Notes under the pieces: model-generated
The model's database searches: none
Seen by the model: the letters and a program-made list of their open reading frames with translations, nothing else
What the model was told of the DNA's origin: nothing
From: Mustelus asterias
Taxonomy: Eukaryota
Direction: 5' to 3'
DNA length: 64,000 nt
Assembly: GCF_964213995.1 (NCBI RefSeq)
Contig: NW_027590123.1
Location: 992,001-1,056,000 of the forward strand
Position numbers and translations under genes: made by a program
Shown: positions 62,058-64,000 of the stretch, in pieces
Layout: every line of letters begins with the position of its first letter
Numbering within the stretch: position 1 is the first letter of the stretch

Positions 62058-62096
62058 CACAGTGTGACAAACATAGGGTGAGCCCATACAAAAACA
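62058..62096 (+). other. 23-RSS
   Basis: CACAGTG-23-ACAAAAACA. Confidence 0.93.
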
Positions 62097-62437
62097 TGCA
62101 CAGACTGCGAGAGCAACTCTGCTGAGTCCGGAGTATCGGCAGAGTGAATGGAATTATAAAAAGTCCATTAACAAAGGAAATGAGCGCAACACAAAATAAA
62201 ATATAGAATCTAATTGTTAAAATTCCGTCAGAAATGAAGATAGATGAGAACAGAGATGGAGAAGAAAAAAGAAGGACGATGTAAACCACAATGAGCGAGC
62301 AGCAAATTGAAATAGAAACGTTCAATCTTCATAGGAGAAATGGGCAGAACATGAGGGAACTATCGAAAGGGAAATTGAAGACACTGAAAAGCATTAATAA
62401 ACGGGTTGAAGATCAGATTAAATCATAAATAAAAGTC

Positions 62438-64000
62438 GAACATAGAACAGTACAGCACAGAACAGGCCCTTCGGTCCACGATGTTGTGCCGAGCTTTATC
62501 TGAAACCAAGATTAAGTTATCCCACTCCCTATCATCCTGGTGTGCTCCATGTGCCAATCCAATAACCGCTTAAATGTTCCCAAAGTGTCTGACTCCACTA
62601 TCACTGCAGGGAGTCCATTCCACACCCCAACCACTCTCTGCGTAAAGAACCTACCTCTGATATCCTTCCTATGTCTCCCACCATGAACCCTATAGCTATG
62701 CCCCCTTGTAATAGCTCCATCCACCCGAGGAAATAGTCTTTGAACGTTCACTCTATCTATCCCCTTCATCATTTTATAAACATCTATGAAGTCTCCCCTC
62801 AGCCTCCCCCGCTCCAGAGAGAACAGCCCTGGCTCCCTCAACCTTTCCTCATAAGAGCTACCCTCCAAGCCAGGCAGCATCCTGGTAAATCTCCTCTGCA
62901 CACTTTCCAGCGCTTCCACATCCTTCCTATAGTGAGGTGACCAGAACTGCACACAATATTCCAAATGTGGTCTCACCAAGGTCCTGTACAGTTGCAGCAT
63001 AACCCCACGGCTCTTAAACTCCAACCCCATGTTAATAAATGCTAACACACTCTAGGTCTTCTTCACAGCTCTATCCACTTGAGTGGCAACCTTTAGAGAT
63101 CTGTGAATATGGACCCCAAGATCTCTCTGTTCCTCCACAGTCTTCAGAGCCCTAACTTTGACCCTGTAATCCACATTTAAATTAGTCCTACCAAAATGAA
63201 TCACCTCACATTTATCAGGGTTAAACTCCATTTGCCATTTTTCAGCCCAGCTTTGCATCCTATCTATGTCTCTTTGCAGCCTACAACAGCCCTCCACCTC
63301 ATCCACTCCTCCCACGAATCTTGGTGTCATCAGCAAATTTACTGTTCCAGTCCTCAGCCCCCTCCTCTAAGTCATTAATAAAAATCATAAAGAGCAGAGG
63401 ACCAAGCACTGATCCCTGTGGCACTCCGCTAGCAACCTGCCTCCAGTCCGAAAATATTCTATCCACCACCACCCTCTGTCTTCGATCAGATAGCCAGTTA
63501 CCTATCCAATCGGCCAACTTTCCCTCTATCCCACACCTCCTTACTTTCATCATAAGCCGACCATGGGGGGCCTTATCAAACGCCTTACTAAAATCCATGT
63601 ATATGACATCAACTGCCCTACCTTCATCAACACACTTAGTTACCTCCTCAAAAAATTCTATCAAATTTGTGAGGCACGACTTGCCCTTCACGAATCCGTG
63701 CTGACTATCCCGGATTAATCCGCATCTTTCTAAATGGTCGTAAATCCTATCCCTAAGGATCTTTTCCATCAATTTACGAACCACCGAAGTAAGACTAACT
63801 GGTCTATAATTACCAGGGTCATTTCTATTCCCTTTCTTAAACAGAGGAACAACATTCGCCACTCTCCAGTCCTCTGGCACCATCCGCGTGGGCAGTGAGG
63901 ACCCAAAGATCAAAGCCAAAGGCTCTGCATTCTCATCCCTTGCCCCCCAAGAATCCTAGGATATATTTCATCAGGCCCAGGGGACTTATCGAACTTCATT
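62438..64000 (-). mobile_element. CR1 LINE RT region and 3' UTR, frameshifted, running off the window
   Basis: RT motifs in ORFs 63919-63299, 63336-63052 and 63048-62512. Confidence 0.93.

Noticed and set aside
34919-62096. IgH-type V (IgM/IgW/TAILV), NAR-TCR V, or D/J/C segments
   Set aside because: I looked for them but found no WVRQ/YYCAR-type V, no FGxG J with a 12-RSS and no C exon in this window.

Overview
Vertebrate genomic DNA, almost certainly from a shark or other elasmobranch: it carries CR1 LINEs with (TTGTTCT)n tails, tRNA-derived HE1-like SINEs, and Rex/Babar and Penelope fragments. The right half (34.9-62.1 kb) is part of a T-cell receptor alpha/delta V-segment field. It holds six V segments with RSSs (five 23-nt spacers, one 24-nt) in mixed orientation. 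One is fully intact (57337-57830). One has an intact V exon but a dead leader. Four are pseudogenes or relics, and one of these lacks the leader intron. These V segments are interleaved with a birth-and-death tRNA gene cluster: an intact intron-containing tRNA-Pro(AGG), intact Glu(CTC) and Gln(CTG), damaged Ile(TAT, intron), Asn, Val, Arg and Pro copies, and two tandem arrays of decayed tRNA-Val (22-32 kb) and tRNA-Gln (51.7-55.7 kb). The left part has two assembly gaps, G-run repeats and candidate exons of unidentified genes. It also has a ~28-copy 56-bp satellite in which each unit carries a perfect RSS heptamer, a 12-nt spacer and a weak nonamer. A CR1 with an uninterrupted ORF2 (endonuclease + RT) lies at 24987-27918. 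Most short ORFs in the supplied track are repeat-derived noise, and the one intact V gene is missing from that track. All calls were made by eye without database searches.
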